Source: an uncultured Romboutsia sp. | Lineage (GTDB): Bacteria > Bacillota > Clostridia > Peptostreptococcales > Peptostreptococcaceae | NCBI GenBank assembly: GCA_937907205.1 | Contig: CALESE010000085.1 | Span: forward strand, 1 to 59,242 | DNA: 59,242 nt | Direction: 5' to 3' | In this document: piece by piece, positions 17,777-27,375 of the stretch | How positions within the stretch are numbered: the stretch's first letter is position 1 | Layout: each line of letters begins with the position of its first letter | Notes under the pieces: model-generated | What the model was told of the DNA's origin: nothing | The model's database searches: none | The model's input: the letters and a program-made list of their open reading frames with translations, nothing else | Translations under genes and position numbers: made by a program

Positions 17777-18727
17777 ATGAAAGCAGATAGATTAATTTCT
17801 ATATTAATGTTGTTGCAAATAAATAAACAAATGACAGCAAATGAATTGGCTACTAAATTAGAGGTATCCACTAGAACTATATACAGAGATATTGAATCTT
17901 TAAGTGGTTTAGGTATACCTATATTTAGTGATAGAGGAACAAATGGTGGTATAAAACTTTTAGGAAATTATAAAACTTCTTTAACTGGAATAAATCAAAA
18001 TGAATTATATTCTTTGTTTATTCCAGCAGGAGATAAAATATTAGAAGACTTAGGTGTAGAAAAACTAAAAAATTCTACACTACTTAAACTTCTAGGAAGT
18101 TCTTCTTCTAATCAAATAAATGAAATTGAAAAAATTCAAAACTATATTTATATAGATATGAATACTTGGAATGATAATCCAAATTATATAGACAAGGATA
18201 TTCTTTCTACATTACAAAATACAATCTGGAACTTTAATTCAGTAATGTTTCTGTACAGAAAAATAAATGAAATAAAAACTGTTAAGTTAAATCCTTTAGG
18301 GTTAGTCTGTAAAAGAGGGATTTGGTATTTAGTTGGAGCTAATCATGATATTGTTAAAACCTATAAGGTTAGCTCTATAGAAAATATTACTCTAACTGAT
18401 GAGTATTTTAAAAGACCTATTGATTTTGACTTAGAAAGTTATTGGAAATCATCTACCAGTAATTTTAAGTATTTAATTCCTAAATATAAATTTATATTTA
18501 AAATTAATCCTTCTATTTTAAATCATATAAAAGAAAGAAAGTTTATAACTATAACTAATACTGTTGTTAAAGATAATTATATATATATTGATATAAATTT
18601 TGATTCCATATTGCAAGGTATTGAGTTTGCTTTTGGCTATGGAAATGATATTGAAATAATAGAACCAGTTAGTGCTATAAATGATATTAAAAAAAAGGCA
18701 ATGGAAATAATTGAATTATACAAATAA
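17777..18727 (+). CDS. HTH-WYL transcriptional regulator (YafY/YobV-like)
   Basis: MKADRLISIL..EVSTRTIYRDI wHTH; GIWYLVG WYL motif; AAAGGA RBS. Confidence 0.93.
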   Translation: MKADRLISILMLLQINKQMTANELATKLEVSTRTIYRDIESLSGLGIPIFSDRGTNGGIKLLGNYKTSLTGINQNELYSLFIPAGDKILEDLGVEKLKNSTLLKLLGSSSSNQINEIEKIQNYIYIDMNTWNDNPNYIDKDILSTLQNTIWNFNSVMFLYRKINEIKTVKLNPLGLVCKRGIWYLVGANHDIVKTYKVSSIENITLTDEYFKRPIDFDLESYWKSSTSNFKYLIPKYKFIFKINPSILNHIKERKFITITNTVVKDNYIYIDINFDSILQGIEFAFGYGNDIEIIEPVSAINDIKKKAMEIIELYK

Positions 18728-18773
18728 TTATTAATTTAATGATTTTAAATAGCTTATTATATATCCAAACTAT

Positions 18774-18802
18774 AAAAAGATGCCTTTATTGGCATCTTTT
18801 TT
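18774..18802. terminator. Bidirectional terminator
   Basis: AAAAAGATGCC-TTTATT-GGCATCTTTTT. Confidence 0.85.
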
Positions 18803-18807
18803 ATTAA

Positions 18808-18939
18808 TTATTTTCCTGCTAATTCTAATGCTCTATCTAAAACAACTTTACCATTGCACATTCCATAATGAGTCATATTTATAACTTCAACTGGAGCACT
18901 ATCTCCAACTATTTTTTTATCTTTTTCTAACATAAATTC
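18808..18939 (-). pseudogene. 3' remnant of a PTS lactose/cellobiose-family IIB component
   Basis: EFMLEKDKKIVGDSAPVEVINMTHYGMCNGKVVLDRALELAGK* matches the IIB C-terminus (PVEVI..YGM.NG..VL..AL); the N-terminal CxxGxSTS loop is absent. Confidence 0.85.
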
Positions 18940-18954
18940 ATATTATGTAATTTA

Positions 18955-18970
18955 TTGAAAACGTTTTTAA
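18955..18970. promoter_or_regulatory. CcpA cre-like site
   Basis: TTGAAAACGTTTTTAA, one mismatch from a perfect palindrome, just downstream of a SigA promoter. Confidence 0.65.
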
Positions 18971-18980
18971 TTATGCTATA

Positions 18981-19009
18981 ATAATATACTATTTCTTTTT
19001 AATTGTCTA
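18981..19009 (-). promoter_or_regulatory. SigA-type promoter of the PTS remnant
   Basis: TAGACA-N17-TATTAT. Confidence 0.6.
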
Positions 19010-19096
19010 TACATTTAATATTTTTTAATTAACTAAAAAAATATATATACATTTAAATTCAATTACATTATTAAAAGCCTAGATATATCTAAGCTT

Positions 19097-19384
19097 TTAA
19101 TAATGATTTAATTCATTTTCTATATTTATTATTTCAGCATCAGTATTTTCTTCTATAAAATCAATTATATTTTCAACCATAGAATCACCTATTTTAGAAT
19201 CTAAAAATATACCTGATATTCCTATTGTTATTCTTTGATGTAAATCTTGATTATCTATTTCTGCTACTGATATATTAAATTTATTTTGAAGTTTAGCTAT
19301 TATGCTTTTTACAACCATTCTTTTTTCTTTTAATGAATGTACCCAACTAGCTCGCAAATCAATTTTCATTACAAGTATTTTCAT
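19097..19384 (-). CDS. DUF503 (YlxP) family protein
   Basis: SLKEKRMVVKSII...FNISVAEID.QD. Confidence 0.92.
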   Translation of the reverse strand: MKILVMKIDLRASWVHSLKEKRMVVKSIIAKLQNKFNISVAEIDNQDLHQRITIGISGIFLDSKIGDSMVENIIDFIEENTDAEIINIENELNHY

Positions 19385-19398
19385 TTGTTTATCCTTTC

Positions 19399-19734
19399 TT
19401 ATCTATAATCATTTTCTATAGCTTGTGCTAATATTTTATTTATATTATCCATAAGTAAATTTATTTTTTGCTCACTTTCTAAATAAGTTGCAACTTTTTT
19501 ATTTTTAGATATTTTTTTTTGAGTACTTTCAAATTTTATAGCTGTCTTTTTATCAATTTTTTCATTTTTAATTCTATATCTTTGAAGTTGCATTTGATTT
19601 ATTCTATATTCCTTTAGTAAATTTTCCGAATTTTTATCGTTTTTTAATTCATTCATAGATTTTGTAAAATTTCTATATTCCTTACTATTTTTTATTTCAT
19701 TAGCTAACTTTGTCGCTGTTTCATATACTCCCAT
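19399..19734 (-). CDS. YlbF/YmcA family regulator
   Basis: VYETATKLANEIKNSKEY...YLESEQ; GGGAGG RBS. Confidence 0.85.
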   Translation of the reverse strand: MGVYETATKLANEIKNSKEYRNFTKSMNELKNDKNSENLLKEYRINQMQLQRYRIKNEKIDKKTAIKFESTQKKISKNKKVATYLESEQKINLLMDNINKILAQAIENDYR

Positions 19735-19763
19735 ACTATACCTCCCAAAAATTTATTACAATC

Positions 19764-19803
19764 AAAAAAGATTGAATATAATTTATTATATTCAATCTTT
19801 TTT
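19764..19803. terminator. Intrinsic terminator after rnj
   Basis: 19-bp perfect arms AAAAAAGATTGAATATAAT with a 2-nt spacer. Confidence 0.8.
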
Positions 19804-19805
19804 AA

Positions 19806-21473
19806 TTATACCTCCATTATTATAGGAAGTATCATTGGATTTCTTTTAGTTTTTTGGTATAAATAATCTTTTAGATTTTCTTTTATATTATTTTTTAAAT
19901 AAGCCCACTCTTTTATGTTTCTATCTTCACAATCTTTTAATACTTGTTTTATAACATTTTTAGCTCCATCCATTAAATCTTCAGATTCTCTTACATAAAC
20001 AAATCCTCTTGATATAATATCTGGACCTGCTAAAACTTTTCCATCTTCTTTAGATATAGTTACAACAACTATCATTAAACCATCTTCTGATAAGTGTTTT
20101 CTATCTCTTAATACGATATTTCCTACATCTCCTACACCTAAACCATCAACTAAAACATTTCCTGTAGGTATAATTCCACTTATTTTAGCTGAATTTCTAT
20201 CTAACTCTAATACTTCTCCAACTTTATTTATAAATATATTTTGGCTAGGCATACCTAATTCTTCTGCTAATTCTGCATGCTTTTTTAACATTCTAAACTC
20301 ACCATGTATCGGCATAAAGAATTTAGGCTTTGTTATAGTATGAATCAGCTTTAATTCTTCTTGATAAGCATGACCTGATACATGTATATATGACTCATCA
20401 TATACAACTTCTGCACCTTTTTCAAATAAGAAATCAATTACTTTTGATATTGGTTTTTCATTTCCTGGTATTGGATGAGCTGATATTATAATTAAATCTC
20501 CACTTTTTATCTCTACTTTTTTATGCTCGGAACTTGCCATTCTAGCTAATGCTGACATTGGCTCTCCTTGAGAACCTGTTGTTATTAATACGATTTCACC
20601 ATCTTCATACTTATACAAATCATTTATTTCTATTAAAATATCTTCTGGTATATCTAAATATCCTAGTTCTTTAGCAACTCCAACAACGTTTATCATTGAT
20701 CTACCTGAAACAGCTACTTTTCTACCAAACTTTTCTGCAGCATTTATTATTTGTTGTAATCTGTGTATATTAGAAGCAAATGTAGCAACTATTATTCTAC
20801 TATTTTCAGCTTTTCTAAATAAATCTTCTAATCCTGCTCCTACAGTCTTTTCTGACATAGAATATCCTTGCTTTTTTGCATTAGTACTTTCTGCTAATAA
20901 TAAAAGTACTCCTTTTTTACCAAGTTCAGCTATTCTAGTTATATCCATTACCTCTCCGTCCATAGGTGTATAGTCTATTTTAAAGTCTCCTGTGTGATAT
21001 ATTATCCCTTGGTCTGTATGAATAGCTATAGAACAAGCATCTGGTATACTATGATTATTTTTTACAAATTCTACTTCCATAACATTAAGCTTTATTATGT
21101 CTCTTGGCTCAACAATATTTAACTTAACATTACCCATTTTATGCTCTTTTAATTTTACTTGTATAAGACCTACTGTAAGTCTTGTAGCGTATATTGGAAC
21201 ATTTATCTTTCTTAGTATATAAGGAATAGCCCCTATATGGTCTTCATGGCCATGTGTAATAAATATACCTTTTACTTTGTCCCTATTTTTTATTAAATAA
21301 GTTATATCTGGTATAACTATGTCTACCCCTAGCATATCATCTCCTGGGAAACTAAGACCAGCATCGATTACAACTATTTCATCTTTGTACTCAATTGCAG
21401 TCATGTTCTTTCCAACTTCATTAAGTCCTCCTAATGCCATTATCTTTATTTTATTGGCGTTTTTCTTGAACAA
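19806..21473 (-). CDS. rnj: Ribonuclease J
   Basis: LGGLNEVGKN, THGHEDHIG, HTGDFK, TGSQGEP, HVSGH; start TTG 21473 or ATG 21482. Confidence 0.95.
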   Translation of the reverse strand: MFKKNANKIKIMALGGLNEVGKNMTAIEYKDEIVVIDAGLSFPGDDMLGVDIVIPDITYLIKNRDKVKGIFITHGHEDHIGAIPYILRKINVPIYATRLTVGLIQVKLKEHKMGNVKLNIVEPRDIIKLNVMEVEFVKNNHSIPDACSIAIHTDQGIIYHTGDFKIDYTPMDGEVMDITRIAELGKKGVLLLLAESTNAKKQGYSMSEKTVGAGLEDLFRKAENSRIIVATFASNIHRLQQIINAAEKFGRKVAVSGRSMINVVGVAKELGYLDIPEDILIEINDLYKYEDGEIVLITTGSQGEPMSALARMASSEHKKVEIKSGDLIIISAHPIPGNEKPISKVIDFLFEKGAEVVYDESYIHVSGHAYQEELKLIHTITKPKFFMPIHGEFRMLKKHAELAEELGMPSQNIFINKVGEVLELDRNSAKISGIIPTGNVLVDGLGVGDVGNIVLRDRKHLSEDGLMIVVVTISKEDGKVLAGPDIISRGFVYVRESEDLMDGAKNVIKQVLKDCEDRNIKEWAYLKNNIKENLKDYLYQKTKRNPMILPIIMEV

Positions 21474-21692
21474 ATGCATCATCTCCTTTTTGTCTATTCA
21501 GTTTTATTTAAATTTAAACACGTTCTATAATTTAAATAATATCAACTCACGCACTCTTTACCAGTTATTATAATTGTATCATATTTTATCATATAATTTA
21601 AGTCATATTTAAAATACATTTAATGTATTATTTTGACAAACCTATTTTATTTTGATATCCTTCATATATAATATAAGTTTTATGGAGGATAT

Positions 21693-22430
21693 ATGCGTGG
21701 AAAAACTCATTGTGCAATAGGTGTCTTAAGTGTTATTCAAGCTTCTATACTTTTTAAAATACCTATCTCACTTTTTAACTTAATTATCTCTGCCTTATTT
21801 GCTATATTGCCAGATTTAGATGAATCTAACTCAACAATATCAAACCTTTTATTAAAAAAAGATTTTTCAAAGTCAGTATTAAAATGTTGCATTTATTTAA
21901 TTAATATTTTAATTTTTTTTATATCTATAAGAATTAACGACAATTTTTTTATTAGTGCTTTAATAACTTTTGTTACTATTATTATAATAGAATCAAAATT
22001 AAATCATAATACATTAAGAAAACTATTTTTATCTTTAATATTTATTCTACTTGCATTTTGTCTTTATCTTATAAGTAAACAAATATCATTTGTTATATTT
22101 TGTTTAATGTTAGCTATATTCCCGTGGCTTAAACATAGAGGCTATTCACATAGTTTATTTGCAATTATCATAATACATTTCTTACTAAAACAAATAGAAC
22201 TAATAACTAATATATCAAATTTATGCTTTTTTGGAACTGTTAGTTATGCAAGTCATCTATTTTTAGGTGATTTATTTACTAGATCTGGTATACCAATCTT
22301 TTACCCAATTAGTGAAAAAAAATACTCTTTATGCTTTTTCAAAGTTGGAAGTTTTTTTAGTAATATACTAGAAATGTTGTTTATTTTATTTTTACTATCA
22401 ATGGTAATTTATTCTATAATAAAAATATAA
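21693..22430 (+). CDS. Membrane metal-dependent hydrolase (YdjM/DUF457-like)
   Basis: GKTH, LPDLD, HRGYSHS, SHLFLGD motifs. Confidence 0.9.
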   Translation: MRGKTHCAIGVLSVIQASILFKIPISLFNLIISALFAILPDLDESNSTISNLLLKKDFSKSVLKCCIYLINILIFFISIRINDNFFISALITFVTIIIIESKLNHNTLRKLFLSLIFILLAFCLYLISKQISFVIFCLMLAIFPWLKHRGYSHSLFAIIIIHFLLKQIELITNISNLCFFGTVSYASHLFLGDLFTRSGIPIFYPISEKKYSLCFFKVGSFFSNILEMLFILFLLSMVIYSIIKI

Positions 22431-22448
22431 GTCCCATAAGGGACTTAT
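22427..22448. terminator. Bidirectional terminator
   Basis: ATAAGTCCC-ATAA-GGGACTTAT between convergent genes. Confidence 0.7.
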
Positions 22449-22889
22449 TTATTTCGTACAATTATCACATGTTCCATAAAACTTAACATCATGATTTAAT
22501 ATATTAAATTTATATAAATTTTGTATTTCATCTTCTATATTATCTAGTAAGTCTTCTTTGACCTCTATTATTTTCCCACAAGATTTACAAATTAAATGAT
22601 GATGATGATGAGCATCTTCTTCATTTAAATTTAACTCATATCTTATACATCCATCATCTAGATTTAGTTTAGATATTGCACCTATTTCATCTAATAATTG
22701 CATTGTTCTATAAACTGTAGCTAAACCAATTTCTGGGCAATCTACTCTAACTAAATCATATATTTCTTCACTACTTAAATGTTCTGAATCATTTTTTAAT
22801 AATATCTCTATAATCGCTCTTCTTTGAGGTGTAATCTTAAATCCTGTCTCTTTTAATTTTTCTTTTAATATTTCCATTGCATTCATCAT
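22449..22889 (-). CDS. fur: Ferric uptake regulator
   Basis: ITPQR, HLSSEE, GLATVYRT, HHHHHLICKSCG, C-terminal CxxC. Confidence 0.93.
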   Translation of the reverse strand: MMNAMEILKEKLKETGFKITPQRRAIIEILLKNDSEHLSSEEIYDLVRVDCPEIGLATVYRTMQLLDEIGAISKLNLDDGCIRYELNLNEEDAHHHHHLICKSCGKIIEVKEDLLDNIEDEIQNLYKFNILNHDVKFYGTCDNCTK

Positions 22890-22912
22890 AATATCACCTT
22901 TGTATTTTCAAT

Positions 22913-22959
22913 TGATAATCTTTATTAATTATTTTAATTAATAAAGATTATTTTGTCAA
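22913..22959 (-). promoter_or_regulatory. fur SigA promoter overlapped by a 17-bp inverted repeat with Fur-box-like arms
   Basis: TTGACA-N17-TAAAAT; ATAATCTTTATTAATTA-TTT-TAATTAATAAAGATTAT; TGATAATcTTTATTA resembles the 7-1-7 Fur box. Confidence 0.7.
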
Positions 22960-22977
22960 GTTTTTTAGAAAGTTAAA

Positions 22978-23880
22978 TTATTGGCCTCCATAGATAAAAT
23001 TATGTAAAAGTTCTATATTTTTATCTATATTCCACTTTACAACATATGTCCCATTATCATTTAATCTTCCTTCTTCTCTATAATCTTCAAAAGGAAATTC
23101 CATTTGCTTTATCTCATAACTAGCCATTTCATGTGCTGAAAATGCTAATCTCATTATTTTATCTAAAGAAATATTAACATCTACATAATTTAATGCTGTT
23201 TTTATAATAGGGACATAATTTGTTATAGATGTATTTGCCATCTTATAAGCTAAATTAGTTAATATTTCTCTTTGTCTAGCATCTCTTTTATAAATCGTAT
23301 CAATTTTTCTTATTCTAGCATATGCTAATGCCTGATATCCATTTAAATTATTTGTGCCGGATTTTTCTATATATTCTATATTACCCTTATTTTTATCATT
23401 TAAATCATAACAAACTTTAATAAATTTATTTAAATGATCTAATTCATTTTCATCAATATCTACCTCTACTCCACCTAATATATCAATTAATTCTGTAAAT
23501 GATTTAAAATCTACAACTGCATAATCATTTATATTAATATCAAAGTTTTCATTTATAGTTTGCATAAGTAACTCTTCTTTGCCATATGCATAAGCATGGT
23601 TTAATTTTTCATATCCCTTTCCTGGAATTTTTACTAATGTATCCCTAACTAAAGATGTTAATTTTAACTGTTTATTTAAATTATCTATAGTTAATATTAT
23701 CATTGTATCTGATCTTGATGGTCCATTGCTATTTATACTATCTCTACCTATTAGCAATATATTATCTACATTTTTATTTATTGTATCTTCATTAATATTT
23801 TGTATTGCAGAAACATGACTATAAGATGTTATCATTGTAATTATTAATATAAATATAATCGTTTTTATTGTTTTTTTCAT
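22978..23880 (-). CDS. LCP (LytR-CpsA-Psr) family protein
   Basis: NILLIG, RSDTMII, SLVRD, KLNHAYAYG, YARIR, RDARQR. Confidence 0.95.
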   Translation of the reverse strand: MKKTIKTIIFILIITMITSYSHVSAIQNINEDTINKNVDNILLIGRDSINSNGPSRSDTMIILTIDNLNKQLKLTSLVRDTLVKIPGKGYEKLNHAYAYGKEELLMQTINENFDININDYAVVDFKSFTELIDILGGVEVDIDENELDHLNKFIKVCYDLNDKNKGNIEYIEKSGTNNLNGYQALAYARIRKIDTIYKRDARQREILTNLAYKMANTSITNYVPIIKTALNYVDVNISLDKIMRLAFSAHEMASYEIKQMEFPFEDYREEGRLNDNGTYVVKWNIDKNIELLHNFIYGGQ

Positions 23881-23984
23881 AATATATCATCCTTTACTAA
23901 TATTAATGATTATATTTTTACCATTAGTAAATTAAATTAACTCATTTATTTTCAAATTCGAAATATTTACTTAAGTAGAAATAA

Positions 23985-24044
23985 AAGTAAAATAAAAAAC
24001 TTCTTAAAATCAAATTTGATTTTAAGAAGTTTTTTATTTTACTT
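23985..24044. terminator. Terminator forming a perfect 60-bp palindrome
   Basis: 30-bp arms with no spacer or mismatch, overlapping the DUF1292 stop. Confidence 0.8.
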
Positions 24045-24318
24045 ATTGTTCATCTTCGTCGAAGTTTAATCCTTCTTCTTCCATTAATGTATTGTATACA
24101 TCAACAACTATTTCATATTCTTTATCATCTTCTAAGGGAACTAATATTTCTCCTTCTTCATCTTGATCTATTCTAAATATTAATGCTTCTTCTGCTTCTT
24201 CCTCTTCTAAAGGAACTAATATAGCATATTCTTTTCCTTCTGCTTCTAAAGTTAATATTATTTCAAATTGGCTTTCTACACCATTTTCATCAACTAAATT
24301 TATTATGTTCTCTTGCAT
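24043..24318 (-). CDS. DUF1292 (YrzB-like) protein
   Basis: Acidic; INLVDENG..FE...GKEYAIL; GAGGTG RBS. Confidence 0.92.
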   Translation of the reverse strand: MQENIINLVDENGVESQFEIILTLEAEGKEYAILVPLEEEEAEEALIFRIDQDEEGEILVPLEDDKEYEIVVDVYNTLMEEEGLNFDEDEQ

Positions 24319-24386
24319 GTGATTCACCTCAGATTATTATTTATTAATTATATTATATATCATAAACTTATAATTTAATATATATT

Positions 24387-24812
24387 TTAGAAATTTCTTT
24401 GTCTATCTAAATATCCTTGTAAAATTATTGTCGCTGCAACCATATCGATTACGCTTTTTCTATTTTCTCTTCTTACATTTCCTTGTATTAAAGTTCTTTC
24501 AGCTGCTACTGTAGATAATCTTTCATCCCAGTACTCTATTTTTATTCCCGTTTCTTGTTCTAATAATTCACAAAACTTAATTACCTTTTCACCTTGTGGA
24601 CCTAAAGTTCCATTCATATTTTTAGGAAGACCTGAAACTATTTTATTTACTTGTCTTTCCTTTATAATAGCTTTTAATTCTTCAATATCTTTTTTCTTTC
24701 CAACTCTTTTAACAGTTTTAATACCTTGTGCTGTAAGACCCATTAAGTCACTAACTGCAACACCTATAGTTTTATCTCCTACGTCAAGTCCCATTATTCT
24801 TCCATCTAACAT
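24387..24812 (-). CDS. ruvX: RuvX/YqgF pre-16S rRNA nuclease
   Basis: [30 protein letters not shown]. Confidence 0.96.
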   Translation of the reverse strand: MLDGRIMGLDVGDKTIGVAVSDLMGLTAQGIKTVKRVGKKKDIEELKAIIKERQVNKIVSGLPKNMNGTLGPQGEKVIKFCELLEQETGIKIEYWDERLSTVAAERTLIQGNVRRENRKSVIDMVAATIILQGYLDRQRNF

Positions 24813-24889
24813 ATCTTTCTCCTTATATCTACAATAAATTATATATTAATTTATTACTTATTTTTATAATATTTATAATAACATATACT

Positions 24890-24923
24890 AAAAATTAGCC
24901 AGAGTTTATCTGACTAATTTTTT
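24890..24923 (-). terminator. Terminator-like hairpin after the 721-aa gene
   Basis: AAAATTAGCCAGA...TCTGACTAATTTT. Confidence 0.6.
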
Positions 24924-27087
24924 AATTTCTATTAAATAAAATCATATTTATACTTATTATTATAAGAGGTATAAGTATATATATACATGCAGTAGCAGCA
25001 GCTACTATTCCAGAGTCATTAACTAAAAGTGTAACACCACATCCTACAAGTGTAGCTATAAATCCTTTAAACACAAAAGGGTGGTTTTTAGCTAATTTTC
25101 TAAAATGTCTTGAAGGTTTAAAAATTAATACTCCAACTATAGCAACACCAGCTAGCAATATATTTACCCATACACTAGTCTTAGCTAGCTTTAAATTCAT
25201 TTGAATCTTTCTACTAAATGTTTGTATTATCTCACTTGGCCCATTTATCATTATTTGTTTTACAAATCCAGATAAATGAGATTCACTACCCGATATTATA
25301 TCTATTGCGGCAAATAAAAATACAACGCCTACAGCAGCAATACCTAATAATATAACCTTTTTAAAATCAAGCTTTACATCAAATATCAATAATACTAATA
25401 ATAAATAGGCTACACATTCAGATATAGCTGCCCCAACATTAGCTCCCATAATTGGAGATGCTGTTGTTATTAATATTATTAAACATAAGGCTGCTACTAT
25501 CCATTTATGTATCTTCTTATAATCAAGTAATACCGCTAACCCAAATATAGCACTACCTATTGCTATACCTTGATATTCATTACCCATACCATAATATCTT
25601 GCACCAATTATAGCATCATAACTCATTATACTATTTTTCATTAAATATGTTCCAAATACTGCATCTATAGATATAACCACGATAGTTATTAATGCAAAAA
25701 ATGCCATATGCTTTATATCATCTTTAAATACTTTTTTACCTATTAAATATAATATTAAAGTAGTTAATATTATTCCCATAGAAATTCCAAGCTGAGACTT
25801 AAAATTAAATATAGGAGCTATTAAAAATGATATTGGTAATATAAATCCTAACTTTATAAATTCTTTTAGGAAATTAAATATTTTATCCTTATGATGTATT
25901 TTATCTTTTAAAAATACTAATATCATTGCTATTACCCAAGATGCTGATACTACTCCAACAAATCCATTTATTATAGTTGATCTTATTCTTGATATAGATA
26001 CTATTTTTTCATACTCATCTAATAAATAATCTATATTATCAGTTTTATTTATTAAATTATAGCTTTTGCCTACCATATTTTCATTAGTCAGTCCAAACTC
26101 ATTTAATATATCTACACCTATATCTAAATTAGCAACTATACCATCTCTTCTAGTCGTAGAAGATGTAAGTATGCCTTTTTCGTTACCTTTAAATTTAATT
26201 ATCGGAGATAATCTTTTTCTATTTTTATAATCTAAATTACTTGGAAATCCACTAGTTATATAAACTGTATCCTTTTCTCCAACCATTTCAAATACTTCAT
26301 TTAAGTATTTATCAATATTTTTATAAATATTTGATTTCATACTCTTATATGTTTTTTCATTTAAGTAACTTTTATATAAATCTAATCTATATGTATCTCC
26401 TAATTCAATAAATAACGCATTACTACTTTCATAGTACTTTTTAGTTTCATCTATTAACTTTTTATAGTCTGTTTGTATTCCAAATGGCATACTTGGATTT
26501 TCCATATTTATATTATCTATATTTCCACCATCTATTCTTCCAAACTCATCCATGGCAACTAAACCTAAGTTTCTATTTTTTACTAAGTCACCATTTTCGA
26601 TAGTATCTGAATTTCCTAAAAGTGCAACTTTTAATTTATTTTCAGATAAAGTCTGACCCAATGAACCTAATACTGACCCATATTGACCTTTTTCTTTATT
26701 TTCATTTAATGATTTATTTATAGTCAAATTATTTATGTATTTTGGTGATTTTCCTGTTGCTGATTTATAAATTTTACTTGTATCACTATTTAGTTCTTCG
26801 AAATTAATATTCATTTCCGTAGAAACATTCGCTCTACCACCAGCTCCCATACTAGCAAATGATCTTCTATCATCAGTTCCTTTGTCACCTCTTATATTCA
26901 TAAGACCTATATATCCACGAGTCTCAAGCTCTTTTTCTAGATACGGTATATTTAGCATATTATTTAAATTAGTTCTATTCATATCAATAAATATAACTTT
27001 GCCAGAACTATCGGCAAAGCTATATTGAGTAACAGAAACTAATACTATAATAATAGATGCTAAAATTGATAACATCCTTTTTTTCAT
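24922..27087 (-). CDS. Conserved large membrane protein (extracytoplasmic N-domain plus ~10 TM C-domain), function unknown
   Basis: Signal peptide; ELGDTYR, TRRDGIVANLD, GARYYGMGNEY, GANVG, NDSG motifs. Confidence 0.8.
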   Translation of the reverse strand: MKKRMLSILASIIIVLVSVTQYSFADSSGKVIFIDMNRTNLNNMLNIPYLEKELETRGYIGLMNIRGDKGTDDRRSFASMGAGGRANVSTEMNINFEELNSDTSKIYKSATGKSPKYINNLTINKSLNENKEKGQYGSVLGSLGQTLSENKLKVALLGNSDTIENGDLVKNRNLGLVAMDEFGRIDGGNIDNINMENPSMPFGIQTDYKKLIDETKKYYESSNALFIELGDTYRLDLYKSYLNEKTYKSMKSNIYKNIDKYLNEVFEMVGEKDTVYITSGFPSNLDYKNRKRLSPIIKFKGNEKGILTSSTTRRDGIVANLDIGVDILNEFGLTNENMVGKSYNLINKTDNIDYLLDEYEKIVSISRIRSTIINGFVGVVSASWVIAMILVFLKDKIHHKDKIFNFLKEFIKLGFILPISFLIAPIFNFKSQLGISMGIILTTLILYLIGKKVFKDDIKHMAFFALITIVVISIDAVFGTYLMKNSIMSYDAIIGARYYGMGNEYQGIAIGSAIFGLAVLLDYKKIHKWIVAALCLIILITTASPIMGANVGAAISECVAYLLLVLLIFDVKLDFKKVILLGIAAVGVVFLFAAIDIISGSESHLSGFVKQIMINGPSEIIQTFSRKIQMNLKLAKTSVWVNILLAGVAIVGVLIFKPSRHFRKLAKNHPFVFKGFIATLVGCGVTLLVNDSGIVAAATACIYILIPLIIISINMILFNRN

Positions 27088-27096
27088 TAGGTTGAC

Positions 27097-27354
27097 CTAC
27101 TTTCTGTTAATATAATAAGTTATAACCTCTTCAAGTATTTCATCTCTTTCAAATTTTTTAATAATACTTCTAGCATTTTTATAACTTGTAATATAACTCG
27201 AATCTCCTGAAAGAAGATATCCTATAATTTGATTTATAGGATTATATCCTTTCTCAAGTAGTGCTTCATTTACAGTGTTTAAAGCCTGTAAAATACTTAT
27301 TTTATCTTCTGATATACCTTCAAATTGCATAGTATAATCTAAATTTTTATCCAT
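27097..27354 (-). CDS. ireB: IreB/ReoM (UPF0297) regulatory phosphoprotein
   Basis: EKGYNPINQIIGYLLSGD..YITS..NAR; N-terminal DYTMQF. Confidence 0.93.
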   Translation of the reverse strand: MDKNLDYTMQFEGISEDKISILQALNTVNEALLEKGYNPINQIIGYLLSGDSSYITSYKNARSIIKKFERDEILEEVITYYINRK

Positions 27355-27375
27355 GTTAAAAACCCCCATTGTAAT

